A stretch of 64,000 nucleotides of DNA from Clostridiales bacterium. Lineage in GTDB: Bacteria; Bacillota; Clostridia; Saccharofermentanales; Saccharofermentanaceae. The stretch covers positions 85,772 to 149,771 of the forward strand of contig JAFWDK010000009.1 of NCBI GenBank assembly GCA_017513085.1, in the 5' to 3' direction. Shown here one piece after another: positions 1 through 9,892 of this stretch. A program made the position numbers and the translations under genes. The notes beneath the pieces are model-generated. The model saw only the letters and a list, made by a program, of their open reading frames with translations, was not told the origin of the DNA and searched no databases. Within the stretch, counting starts at the first letter, position 1. Each line of letters opens with the position of its first letter.

Positions 1-2
1 AG

Positions 3-389
3 CGTTTTACCATGATCTCCGGTACTGATGCAGCGCCTTATACGGAAAAGTTTGCTAAAGACATTTCCTTATTATATAATATCGATTTGGTCGTTTTGGC
101 TGTGCTCAATGAGTTCTTCGGGCACACGATCACGGTGTCGGGTCTTTTGACCGGCGGAGACATCTCGAACGCCGTGCTTGCGGAAAGAGAAGCAGGCCGC
201 GGTCCGGATGTAGTGATACTGACGGCTAACATGATGAAAGCGGATGAGGATATCTTCCTGGATGATATGACCTTGACGCAATTTAAAGAGAAAGTAGGCA
301 TTCCGGTCATAGTGGCCGAGTGCGAAGGTTCCGGTGCGCTCAAAGCACTGGATACGTTCCTTGATATGTACAAGGGCGTGGAAGATTGA
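3..389 (+). CDS. DUF512-domain (TIGR03279-like radical SAM/PDZ) protein, C-terminal part, truncated by the window edge
   Basis: Motifs NEFFGHTITVSGLLTGGD and FLDDMT; usual position directly upstream of der; frame is open to the window start. Confidence 0.8.
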   Translation, partial: RFTMISGTDAAPYTEKFAKDISLLYNIDLVVLAVLNEFFGHTITVSGLLTGGDISNAVLAEREAGRGPDVVILTANMMKADEDIFLDDMTLTQFKEKVGIPVIVAECEGSGALKALDTFLDMYKGVED

Positions 390-414
390 TAACGAAGGAA
401 AGGATGACAAAAGC

Positions 415-1782
415 ATGAGCAAACCGGTTGTAGCCATCGTAGGACGCCCGAACGTGGGAAAATCCTCGCTTTTCAATGCGCTTTACGGCGAACGGATCTC
501 GATCGTGCACGATGAGCCGGGTGTTACCCGTGACCGTATCTATGCCGAGACGGTCTGGCGTGAGCGTGAGTTCGTCATGATCGATACCGGTGGTATTGAG
601 CCGGAATCCGATGACGTGATCAACAAGGGCATGCGTCTTCAGGCAGAGATCGCTATCGAGACTGCGGATGTTATTCTTTTCATGTGTGATATCCAATCCG
701 GATTAACATCCGCGGATGAAGAAATCGCTACGATGCTTCGGAAGGCGAACCGTCCGGTAGTTCTGGTCGTCAACAAAGTGGACCATGTCGGTGAGCCGCC
801 GGCGGAGCTTTATGAGTTCTATAATCTCGGACTGGGTGATGTGTATCCGATCTCTTCTTCCCATAGACTGGGTATCGGTGAGATGCTGGATGCTATCTAT
901 GAGCATTTCCCGGAACAGAAGAGTGAAGAGGAGGAGAATGAGACGATCCGCGTTGCTCTGATCGGTAAACCGAATGCCGGAAAGTCTTCTCTTTCTAACT
1001 ATATGACAGGTCAGGAGCGTTCCATTGTTTCCGATATTCCCGGAACGACGCGTGACGCGATCGACTCTCTGGTTGAAAACAAGCACGGAAAATTCACGAT
1101 CGTTGATACAGCCGGTCTTCGGAAGAAAGGCCGTATTGAAGATGCAGTCGAAAAATACAGCATGATCCGTTCTCTCTCGGCAATCGAGAAAGCAAATGTT
1201 TGTGTTATCCTGATCGATGCTGTCGAAGGCGTGACCGAACAGGATACGAAAGTGGCCGGCTATGCCCACAATGCCGGTAAGGCCTGTATTTTTGCGGTGA
1301 ATAAGTGGGATCTGATCGAAAAAGAGACCGGCACGCTGGAGGCGATGGAGAAACAGCTCAAAGACCGTTTCGCATTCATGAGCTATGCGCCGGTCGTCTT
1401 TATTTCCGCCAAGACCGGACAACGTGTGGATAAGCTTTTCGAGCAGATCAAGCGAGTCTATGAGAATGCGGGCAAGCGCTTAAAGACAGGTGTTTTGAAC
1501 GACCTTCTTACCGAGTGCGTGGCGATGGTTCCGACTCCGCAGGACAAGGGCAAGCATCTCAAGATCTACTACGGCACACAGGTGGCAGTCTATCCGCCGC
1601 AGTTTGTGCTTTTTGTGAATGACAGTAATCTTATGCATTTTTCTTATGAACGGTATCTGGAGAACCAGTTCCGTAAGAACTTCGATTTCGTCGGTACGCC
1701 GATACGAATATATATGAGAGAAAAAGACAAGAAAAAGGATCTAAAACCAGAAGGGAATGACAATAAGTATGACAAAGATTGA
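415..1782 (+). CDS. der: Ribosome biogenesis GTPase Der (EngA)
   Basis: Two G domains (GRPNVGKS, GKPNAGKS; DTGG/DTAG; NKVD/NKWD) and a KH-like C-terminus. Confidence 0.98.
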   Translation: MSKPVVAIVGRPNVGKSSLFNALYGERISIVHDEPGVTRDRIYAETVWREREFVMIDTGGIEPESDDVINKGMRLQAEIAIETADVILFMCDIQSGLTSADEEIATMLRKANRPVVLVVNKVDHVGEPPAELYEFYNLGLGDVYPISSSHRLGIGEMLDAIYEHFPEQKSEEEENETIRVALIGKPNAGKSSLSNYMTGQERSIVSDIPGTTRDAIDSLVENKHGKFTIVDTAGLRKKGRIEDAVEKYSMIRSLSAIEKANVCVILIDAVEGVTEQDTKVAGYAHNAGKACIFAVNKWDLIEKETGTLEAMEKQLKDRFAFMSYAPVVFISAKTGQRVDKLFEQIKRVYENAGKRLKTGVLNDLLTECVAMVPTPQDKGKHLKIYYGTQVAVYPPQFVLFVNDSNLMHFSYERYLENQFRKNFDFVGTPIRIYMREKDKKKDLKPEGNDNKYDKD

Positions 1783-3610
1783 GAACTTGAGAAACATCGC
1801 TATTATTGCTCACGTTGACCATGGTAAGACGACGATCGTTGACTCCATGCTCAAGCAGGCGGGCATTTACCGTGAGAACGAGCAGATCGTCGAGCAGGTC
1901 ATGGACAGTAACGACCTCGAACGAGAGCGTGGTATCACGATCCTGGCGAAAAATACGGCGATTTCTTATAAGAATTACAGGATCAACGTTGTGGATACTC
2001 CCGGCCATGCGGATTTCGGTGGTGAGGTGGAACGTGTCCTGAAGATGGTGGATGGTGTTCTTCTTGTTGTCGATGCATATGACGGACCGATGCCGCAGAC
2101 ACGTTTTGTTTTGCGCAAAGCACTGGAGATGGGCCTGAAGCCGATCGTCTGCATCAATAAGATCGACCGTCCGGACGAGCGTGCGATCGAGGTCGTGGAT
2201 ATGGTTCTCGAACTGTTCATTGAGCTGGGCGCGGATGATGACCAGATCGATTTCCCGATCATTTATACATCCGGTAAGGTTGGTATTGCCACTACGGATC
2301 TTCAGGAATACATCGATGGCAAGAAACTGGATTTCTGCCCGCTCCTGGATGCGATCATTGAAAATATTCCTTGCCCGGAAGGCGATACAGAAGGACCTTT
2401 GCAGCTTCTGGTAAGTAATATCGACTCCGACCCGTACATCGGCCGTATTGCGATCGGCCGTATCGAGCGTGGTTCCATCAAGCAGAACCAGCCGGTCGTT
2501 GTCTGCACCTATGACGACAATGCCACCAAGAACGCACGTATCGTAAAACTTCTCCGTTTCCAGGGATTGGGACGTCAGGAAATTCAGGAGGCGAGCGTAG
2601 GTGAGATCGTCTGCGTAGCCGGTATTCCGGAGATCAACATCGGTGATACCATTTGTGCGCAGGATTGTCCGGAACCGATGCCTTTTGTGGACATCGATGA
2701 GCCGACCATCGCCATGACGTTCTCCGTCAACGATAGTCCTTTTGCCGGACAAGACGGTAAATTCGTTACTTCACGTCACTTGCGTGACCGTCTTTTCAAG
2801 GAAATGGAGACCAATGTTTCCATGCGACTCGAAGAAACAGATACGACAGAAGCTTTTGTAGTCAAGGGAAGAGGTGAACTCCATCTTTCCATCCTGATCG
2901 AGACCATGCGTCGTGAAGGCTATGAATTCCAGGTTTCCCGTCCGCAGGTCATCCTTAAGGAAGTCGACGGTGTTCTCTGTGAACCTGTCGAGATGCTTCT
3001 GATCGATGTCCCGGAGGATTATGTGGGTGCTGTCATTGAGAAGCTTGGCGCCAGAAAAGCAGAGATGGTCAACATGTTCCCACCGGAGAAAGGTTATACC
3101 CGTCTTGAGTTCAAAGTTCCTTCGCGTGGTATCCTCGGCTACCGTACCGAGTTTTTGACCGACACTAAGGGCAATGGTATAATGAACAGCGTAATCAGCG
3201 GATTTGAGCCATTTGCCGGCGAGATCGAGACGCGTTCCCACGGTGTGCTGGTAGCGTTCGAGAGCGGCGAGGCAATGACTTATGGTCTTTATAACGCACA
3301 GGAAAGAGGACAGCTTTTCATTGGTGCCGGAACACCGGTCTATGAGGGCATGATCGTAGGTATCAACCCGAAGAATGAGGATATCACGGTCAATGTCTGC
3401 AAGAAGAAGCACGTTACCAATATGCGTGCGGCAGGTTCTGACGATGCGCTTCGTCTGACACCGCCTCTGAACTACAGTCTGGAGCAGTGCCTCGAGTTTG
3501 TAGGAGACGATGAGCTTTGTGAGGTGACACCGAAGAACATCCGTCTTCGTAAGAAGATCCTTTCTACCGAATTGCGTGCCAAGGACCGCGCTGCGAAGAA
3601 AAACAGCTGA
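1769..3610 (+). CDS. typA: Translational GTPase TypA/BipA (alternative start 1757)
   Basis: [58 protein letters not shown]. Confidence 0.98.
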   Translation: MTKIENLRNIAIIAHVDHGKTTIVDSMLKQAGIYRENEQIVEQVMDSNDLERERGITILAKNTAISYKNYRINVVDTPGHADFGGEVERVLKMVDGVLLVVDAYDGPMPQTRFVLRKALEMGLKPIVCINKIDRPDERAIEVVDMVLELFIELGADDDQIDFPIIYTSGKVGIATTDLQEYIDGKKLDFCPLLDAIIENIPCPEGDTEGPLQLLVSNIDSDPYIGRIAIGRIERGSIKQNQPVVVCTYDDNATKNARIVKLLRFQGLGRQEIQEASVGEIVCVAGIPEINIGDTICAQDCPEPMPFVDIDEPTIAMTFSVNDSPFAGQDGKFVTSRHLRDRLFKEMETNVSMRLEETDTTEAFVVKGRGELHLSILIETMRREGYEFQVSRPQVILKEVDGVLCEPVEMLLIDVPEDYVGAVIEKLGARKAEMVNMFPPEKGYTRLEFKVPSRGILGYRTEFLTDTKGNGIMNSVISGFEPFAGEIETRSHGVLVAFESGEAMTYGLYNAQERGQLFIGAGTPVYEGMIVGINPKNEDITVNVCKKKHVTNMRAAGSDDALRLTPPLNYSLEQCLEFVGDDELCEVTPKNIRLRKKILSTELRAKDRAAKKNS

Positions 3611-3675
3611 CAGGCAAGTGCTTTTGCCATATGTGAAAGTGGCACGCTACTTGCGAAAAAGGAGATACAAGCGTC

Positions 3676-4866
3676 ATGTTTTCGAGAAAGGTATCGATAG
3701 CATTACGAATTCTGATCATATTCGCCTGCGTTGTCGTAAGTGCATTTCTAGGCGTCTTTCTGGGATATAACTATGTCATTTCCCAGAATGCGCGCTTCAC
3801 GAAGCTGGAAAGACAGATCAAGAACGGAGAACTGGTGATCAACCAGAATACTCCGGGCGCGGTCATGATCGTTATCCGTTCCGGTGATACGACCGGCGAT
3901 ATTGCCGAGCAGTTGAAAAAAGAAGGTCTGATCAAGAATACTTCGACTTTTTCTCTCATGAGCAAGTTTAACGGTTTCGATGGCGGATATCTGGCCGGTA
4001 CCCATTTTCTGACGCCGGATCTGACATACGATGAGATGATGTATCTTCTTTGCCAGGAGCCGGAAGTGGTTCGTATTACGTTCCCGGAAGGTTTTACTTA
4101 TAAGCAGATCAAAGACAGATTGAAGGATAAAGGCCTGGCTTTCAGCGAGGCACGTCTGGACGAGTGCATGAACAGTCCGGACCTTTTCGTAAACTATCCT
4201 TTCGTTTCTTCCATCAAGCAGAACGATGACCGTGATTTTATCCTGAGCGGGTATCTGTTCCCGGATACTTACGATTTCGACATGAACGCCAGTGAAGAGG
4301 AGATCATCTCCACATTCCTGCGTAATATGAATGTGAAACTTTATGACGAGTTCTATGAGCGTGCCGATAAACTCGGAATGTCCATGGATGAGGTATTGAC
4401 GCTGGCTTCTCTTATTCAGATGGAGACGACAGATAAGACGGACATGCTCTATGTTTCCGCTGTTTTCCATAACCGTCTGAATTCAGAGGATCCGGATATG
4501 CACTTCCTGGGTTCCTGTGCTTCGATCAACTATCTTCGTGAGAAAGCCGGCATGCAGCATGTCTGGGCAGCTACTGCTTCGGATCTGGAGTGGGATAGCC
4601 CGTATAACACCTATAAGTTCCCTGGACTTCCGCCGGGACCGATCTGTATGCCGAGTCTGGATGCGATCCAGGCGGCTTTGTATCCGGAACCGAACTGCAA
4701 TTTCTTCTATTTCTGCGCGAAGGGAAATGGCAGAACTGCTTTTGCCGTGACTAAAGAAGAGCATGAAGCTAACGTAGCGAAGTATAAAGATAACTGGACC
4801 GATGATCCGTCTGATTCCGGATCGGATGTATACGATGTGGACACGGAGGGCTACGATGAGGGCTGA
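3676..4866 (+). CDS. mltG: Endolytic transglycosylase MltG
   Basis: N-terminal TM; GYLFPDTY, LASLIQME, SPYNTYKFPGLPPGPI. Confidence 0.93.
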   Translation: MFSRKVSIALRILIIFACVVVSAFLGVFLGYNYVISQNARFTKLERQIKNGELVINQNTPGAVMIVIRSGDTTGDIAEQLKKEGLIKNTSTFSLMSKFNGFDGGYLAGTHFLTPDLTYDEMMYLLCQEPEVVRITFPEGFTYKQIKDRLKDKGLAFSEARLDECMNSPDLFVNYPFVSSIKQNDDRDFILSGYLFPDTYDFDMNASEEEIISTFLRNMNVKLYDEFYERADKLGMSMDEVLTLASLIQMETTDKTDMLYVSAVFHNRLNSEDPDMHFLGSCASINYLREKAGMQHVWAATASDLEWDSPYNTYKFPGLPPGPICMPSLDAIQAALYPEPNCNFFYFCAKGNGRTAFAVTKEEHEANVAKYKDNWTDDPSDSGSDVYDVDTEGYDEG

Positions 4867-6145
4867 TGCTTTTTCTAAGCCGGAAGTACTTGCTCCTGCC
4901 GGGAATCTGGAAAAACTGAAGACTGCAATCGCTTATGGCGCGGATGCGGTCTACATGTCCGGCAAACAATTCGGTCTTCGTACTTTCAGTGACAATTTTA
5001 CGCATGAAGAGATGGAAGAGGGAGTGCGCTATGCGCATGATCGTGGTGTAAAGTGCTATTGCACGGTCAATGTTATGGCTCATGAGGATGATATTTCCCG
5101 TCTTGACGAGGAGATATTGTTCCTTCAGAAGATCGGGATGGATGCCTTGATCGTTTCGGATGCCGGCATCTTCCGCAAAGTCCGTCGTCTTACTCCTGAT
5201 ATGGAGATCCATATCAGTACCCAGGCCAGCGTGACCAACAGTGAAGGTTGCATGTTCTGGTATGAACAGGGCGCCAGACGTGTTGTGCTTGCCCGCGAAC
5301 TGACACTTGATGAGATCCGGAAGATCCGTCAGTCGATCCCTGCTGATCTTGAACTTGAATGCTTCGTGCATGGCGCTATGTGTGTATCCTACTCCGGCCG
5401 TTGTCTGCTGTCGAATTACTTCACCGGCCGTTCTGCGAATAGTGGAAGCTGTGCGCAACCGTGCCGCTGGGGGTACTATGTCGTAGAGGAGAAGCGGTTG
5501 GAAGCGCCGCTGCCGATCCAGGAAGATGAACGGGGCACTTACATTTTTAATTCTAAAGATATCTGCATGATCGGACATATTCCGGAACTGATCGCTGCCG
5601 GGATCACCAGTTTCAAGATCGAAGGCCGCATCAAGGGTGCTTTTTACGCGGCTTCGGTAACCAAGGCATATCGCGAAGCCGTGGATCTTTATATGACAGA
5701 TCCCGCGCATTACGAAGAGGATCCGAGATGGCAGGCAATGTTGGACCGTACGGTACATCGTGATTTTGCAACAGGCTTTTTCTACGATAAGCCCGGCGAG
5801 AATGCCCAGATCTTCCCGGATAAGACTTATAACCGTCCGGCATTTGTCGTGGGAGTGGTAACGGGGTATGACGAAGAGAGAGGCTGTGCTATCGTAAGCC
5901 AGAGAAATAAGATCTTTAAAGGCGATACTCTCCATCTTCTGATGCCGCAAGGATATAGCGAGCCGATCGTTGCTTCGGAGATCTTTGATGAGGATATGAA
6001 TCCGATCGAATCCACGCCGCATGCGGAAATGAAGTATTATCTGAAAGTGGACCAAAAAATCCCTGAGTATTCCTTCTTGAGCAGAGACGGAGATAAAGAT
6101 GAGGGCATCTTCCGTAACGACGCATCGACGAAGGAGAAGAAGTGA
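4856..6145 (+). CDS. U32 family peptidase-like protein (TrhP-type tRNA hydroxylation)
   Basis: PEVLAPAG, HGAMCVSYSGRCLLS, CAQPCRW, FKIEGR; GGAGG RBS at 4845. Confidence 0.92.
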   Translation: MRADAFSKPEVLAPAGNLEKLKTAIAYGADAVYMSGKQFGLRTFSDNFTHEEMEEGVRYAHDRGVKCYCTVNVMAHEDDISRLDEEILFLQKIGMDALIVSDAGIFRKVRRLTPDMEIHISTQASVTNSEGCMFWYEQGARRVVLARELTLDEIRKIRQSIPADLELECFVHGAMCVSYSGRCLLSNYFTGRSANSGSCAQPCRWGYYVVEEKRLEAPLPIQEDERGTYIFNSKDICMIGHIPELIAAGITSFKIEGRIKGAFYAASVTKAYREAVDLYMTDPAHYEEDPRWQAMLDRTVHRDFATGFFYDKPGENAQIFPDKTYNRPAFVVGVVTGYDEERGCAIVSQRNKIFKGDTLHLLMPQGYSEPIVASEIFDEDMNPIESTPHAEMKYYLKVDQKIPEYSFLSRDGDKDEGIFRNDASTKEKK

Positions 6146-7866
6146 GCATGATCCTCTATCTTGTTTCCATTGTATTGGGAATCCTGATGCTTGGCATGGT
6201 CATGCATCTTGGATATAAAAACCGAAAAGAAGCCGCGCTTGGCCCGGGAGATCTGAAGCTTTCTTCCTGTATGTCCTTTATAGAGAAGCATTATGCTGTG
6301 TTCGGGCTTGCTCTTTTCGGATTATTTCTGCTGACCAGACTGGCCTATCTTGGCTTTATTCCGAAAGGCATGCATATCGATGAGATCGGTATGTCTTACG
6401 ATGCATACTCGCTTTCACACTATGGCATGGATCGGCATCAGGTGCACTATCCGGTCTATCTTGAGAATTTCGGCGGCGGACAGTCGGCACTTTATGCCTA
6501 TGCAACCTCTTTGCTTTTGAAGTTTTTTCCATATTCGACTACCTTGATCCGGCTTCCGGCCGTGATCTTTGGCATGTTCTGCTTCCTTGCGTCATTTTTT
6601 CTGATCAAAGATATAGCAGAAGACCTTTACGAAAAGTCGGAAAAGAAATGTGAATATCTTCATGCGGTTGCTCTGTCCGGCCCTTTGTTCGTTACGGTAA
6701 CACCGTATTTTCTGATGTCGGAAAGATGGGCGTTGGACTGCAATCTTTTCTTGAGTATGGGTACCGTAAGCCTGTGTTTTATTGTGAAAGCCATTCGTTC
6801 CAGGAAGAAAACGATGTGCCTGATTGCCGGTATTTCCTGCGGCGTGACTCTATATACCTATGCCATTTCGTATCTGGTATTGCCGTTATTCTTTCTCATG
6901 CTCTTTTTCTATCTTGTGTATTTGCGGAAAAAGAAACTGTCCATCCCGTGCCTGCTTGTTTTTTGCATTCCGGTAGGCATACTCGGGCTTCCTCTCGTTG
7001 TCTTTCAATTGGTCAACATGGGGAAAATACCGGAATTCACGCTTTTCGGGATCCAATTCAAAAGACTGTACAGCTATCGGATCAGTGAATTGAGCTTCAG
7101 TAGAGCCATACCGAAACTTCTTTATGTCGTAAAAGGCATGATCGGCGCGGATGAGCTCTCATATAACGCTTTCCATGAATTCGGCCCGTTCTATCTTTGC
7201 ACGGTGCCACTGGTCATATACGGAGCTTTCATGGCTATACGGGATATGGTGATCTCCATAAAGAGAAGAGCTTCTCAAGCGGTGGCGGTAGTTGTTTTCT
7301 ACTTTTTTTCATGCTGGGCGGTCATGCTTCTCCATGGATTCTGCTATAACGCGATCAATCACATCTATATCACGTTCCTGGTCTTTGCCGTTTACGGATT
7401 GATCTATCTGGGAAGATTCTCCGGTAGAAGCATTCTTATCAGTATGAGCTGCATCGGATTGTCATTTGTGCTGTTTTCCTATGTCTATTTTATCAAGCAG
7501 AATGACATGATCCCGAAACATGATTTCTTCTACGATATGACACAGGGTGAAGTAGTGGAATATGCCGAAAAGCACTATGATCCGGAGGAAGATAAAACGG
7601 TTTACATCTCATATGATCCGGAAGAGCAGGATCAGCAGAATCTGATCGCGTCACTCTATGGTAAGGTACCGGCACCAATCTGGGGGCAGATCACCAAAAA
7701 CCTGGGAAGGTTCCACATGACTGTTCCGGAAACGATCGATCCTTCTGAAAATGCCATCTATATTATCGGCCGTTCGCAACAAGATGTGATCGACCTTCTC
7801 CTGTCGCAGGGGTACAAAAAAGATGATACCTATGAAAAAGATATCATCCTCTATAAAGACGCCTGA
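6142..7866 (+). CDS. Polytopic GT-C fold glycosyltransferase (GT39/ArnT-like)
   Basis: First loop GMHIDEIGMSYDAYSL; GGGQSALYAY; IRLPA; about 12 hydrophobic segments. Confidence 0.75.
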   Translation: MSMILYLVSIVLGILMLGMVMHLGYKNRKEAALGPGDLKLSSCMSFIEKHYAVFGLALFGLFLLTRLAYLGFIPKGMHIDEIGMSYDAYSLSHYGMDRHQVHYPVYLENFGGGQSALYAYATSLLLKFFPYSTTLIRLPAVIFGMFCFLASFFLIKDIAEDLYEKSEKKCEYLHAVALSGPLFVTVTPYFLMSERWALDCNLFLSMGTVSLCFIVKAIRSRKKTMCLIAGISCGVTLYTYAISYLVLPLFFLMLFFYLVYLRKKKLSIPCLLVFCIPVGILGLPLVVFQLVNMGKIPEFTLFGIQFKRLYSYRISELSFSRAIPKLLYVVKGMIGADELSYNAFHEFGPFYLCTVPLVIYGAFMAIRDMVISIKRRASQAVAVVVFYFFSCWAVMLLHGFCYNAINHIYITFLVFAVYGLIYLGRFSGRSILISMSCIGLSFVLFSYVYFIKQNDMIPKHDFFYDMTQGEVVEYAEKHYDPEEDKTVYISYDPEEQDQQNLIASLYGKVPAPIWGQITKNLGRFHMTVPETIDPSENAIYIIGRSQQDVIDLLLSQGYKKDDTYEKDIILYKDA

Positions 7867-7878
7867 TCTTTTGCACAC

Positions 7879-8889
7879 TTACGCACGAAGCCAGCAAAGA
7901 ACAATAAATGCAATGCCGAAAAAGAAGCCGATCCGAAAATGCTCGGAGACCGGGATCGATAGTGGTCTGGCTTCTTCCGTATTGCAGTGAAGATCCTCGT
8001 TTCTTTGTAAATATCTGTAGAAGCGGAGCTGACGGAAAAGCACCAGCATCATGACGATTCCGATCACCAAAGAGATGTAGGAAGCATAAAGCACGGTACG
8101 GCTGTAATCAATGGAATTCTGAACTGTTGCCGGATCCTGGACAGAAATGACACGCTCGAGAAGTGTCGAAGCACAGGCAATGCCAAGACGCATCGCACAG
8201 GAACATAGAACATTTCCCGTGAAATAGCGGATCGAAGAAGCAAATAGACCGATCACCAGGAACATCAGAAACTCCAGACGATTGGTGGCGAAAAGCGTGC
8301 TGAGGAGCGCGGGAACAGGGATCCTGATCCACCACTTGTCCGGTAATGATGCAAAGAGAAGACCGCGGAAAAAGAGTTCTTCTACGATGGCCGGCAGAAG
8401 TATGGTGATGATGAAGATCAAGGCTAAGCCGAAGATCGAGGATTCAGTCGTCACATAGTAATAGAGCCTGCCGGGGATCGGGTTTTCAAGCTGCAGTTCC
8501 AGAAAGATGAACAGGTTGTGGATGCTGGTCGAGATCAGCATTGCCGGAACGCCGGCCATAATGCTCATAAAGAAAGCGCCCAGGCCAGGATTTCTGCCCC
8601 AGAGATGGTGTTCTTTGATCTTGAAATGCTCGGATGTGAAAACGAAAATGGCAAGAAGCGCCATCAGCCGGATCAGCGTAATGATCGAATAGCCGATCAG
8701 AGAGGTCTTGGAGAAGAACAGTTTCTCATCGGGGATGTCCTGCCATATGACTTGAATGAGAAATGAAAAGCCAAATGCCGTCATCAAAAGAAGTCCCAGA
8801 TCAGGATACTTCGGGAGACGGATAAAAGGATAGATGTAGTTTTTCCAGATGGATTTGATTACGGATAAAAAGTCTCTTTGCTGTGCCAT
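7879..8889 (-). CDS. CPBP (CAAX protease/Abi) family membrane protein, probably catalytically degenerate
   Basis: PAIVEELFFRG motif present; the downstream His motifs are replaced. Confidence 0.75.
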   Translation of the reverse strand: MAQQRDFLSVIKSIWKNYIYPFIRLPKYPDLGLLLMTAFGFSFLIQVIWQDIPDEKLFFSKTSLIGYSIITLIRLMALLAIFVFTSEHFKIKEHHLWGRNPGLGAFFMSIMAGVPAMLISTSIHNLFIFLELQLENPIPGRLYYYVTTESSIFGLALIFIITILLPAIVEELFFRGLLFASLPDKWWIRIPVPALLSTLFATNRLEFLMFLVIGLFASSIRYFTGNVLCSCAMRLGIACASTLLERVISVQDPATVQNSIDYSRTVLYASYISLVIGIVMMLVLFRQLRFYRYLQRNEDLHCNTEEARPLSIPVSEHFRIGFFFGIAFIVLCWLRA

Positions 8890-8898
8890 TCATATCTC

Positions 8899-9780
8899 CT
8901 ACAGCAAGTCCGCGAGCGGCGCCACATGACGTGTGAACAGCTCCAGGAAATATGGTTCGTAAAGAAGAAACAAGACTGTTCCCAATACGATAAAAGGTCC
9001 GAAGGCCAGGTAATCCGGATCATCTGCGAAATGCATCTCACGCTTTTTCTTCATCAGGATCTTGCGTGCTTTGGCCGGATCGGGACTCTCACGGATCTCT
9101 TTTTCTTCCTTGGCAATACGCATGCGCTTGCGGACAAGAAGAGGAATCGCTACGATTGCAGCTGAGATAAAAGCAATGAAGATCACGAACAGAAGTCCGC
9201 GCACTCCGCTTAAAAGACCACACATAAACAGGAGCTTGACGTCGCCCATGCCCATGGCTTCAGTCTTGGCGATCATGCTCGAAATAAATCCGATGAGAAA
9301 GAGGATGCCGGAACCGATAAGCGCGGCCAGAACTCTGTTGCCGATAAAGTGATACCAAGGTTTTGAGGCTTCGATCCAGATGTTTCCGTCCACAAAATCG
9401 GAAACGAAGTAAAAAACGGAAAGCGCAATACTCAGGACGATGATGTGGTCAGGAATAATGCGGTTCAATATGTCGGACATGACGATCACGGTAAATCCCG
9501 GAAGAAGTACGAACAGAGCGATGACACGCAGGATATTCGAGAAATTCAGAAAATCCGGGTAAAGATATGCGGAAATGAATACGACTACCGCGTAGATCAC
9601 TGCAAATACGGCGATATGGTAAGGTTTTAACCTCTTCGATAAACGGACGTTTTCCGCATTCGGGTCAAAACCATAGTCTTGCAGCCACGCTTCAGGCATC
9701 TTATTGAAAATAAAAAATGCCGGTACGGCCATGACTGCCGCAATCAGCGCGAGAACAAGGGCTTTTGTGATAAGGGTCAT
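8899..9780 (-). CDS. A24 family prepilin peptidase-like protein
   Basis: SDILNRIIPD, AMGMGDVKL, LAFGPFI; GGAGG RBS upstream. Confidence 0.85.
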   Translation of the reverse strand: MTLITKALVLALIAAVMAVPAFFIFNKMPEAWLQDYGFDPNAENVRLSKRLKPYHIAVFAVIYAVVVFISAYLYPDFLNFSNILRVIALFVLLPGFTVIVMSDILNRIIPDHIIVLSIALSVFYFVSDFVDGNIWIEASKPWYHFIGNRVLAALIGSGILFLIGFISSMIAKTEAMGMGDVKLLFMCGLLSGVRGLLFVIFIAFISAAIVAIPLLVRKRMRIAKEEKEIRESPDPAKARKILMKKKREMHFADDPDYLAFGPFIVLGTVLFLLYEPYFLELFTRHVAPLADLL

Positions 9781-9892
9781 GCTTTCGCCTCCAAAGAAAT
9801 CATATATATAAGAATACATTGATTTGCAGAAATTGTGAAGTCTGCTACAATAACAAATGGTTTATACCATGGGGAAAAGGAGGTGCTACGTT

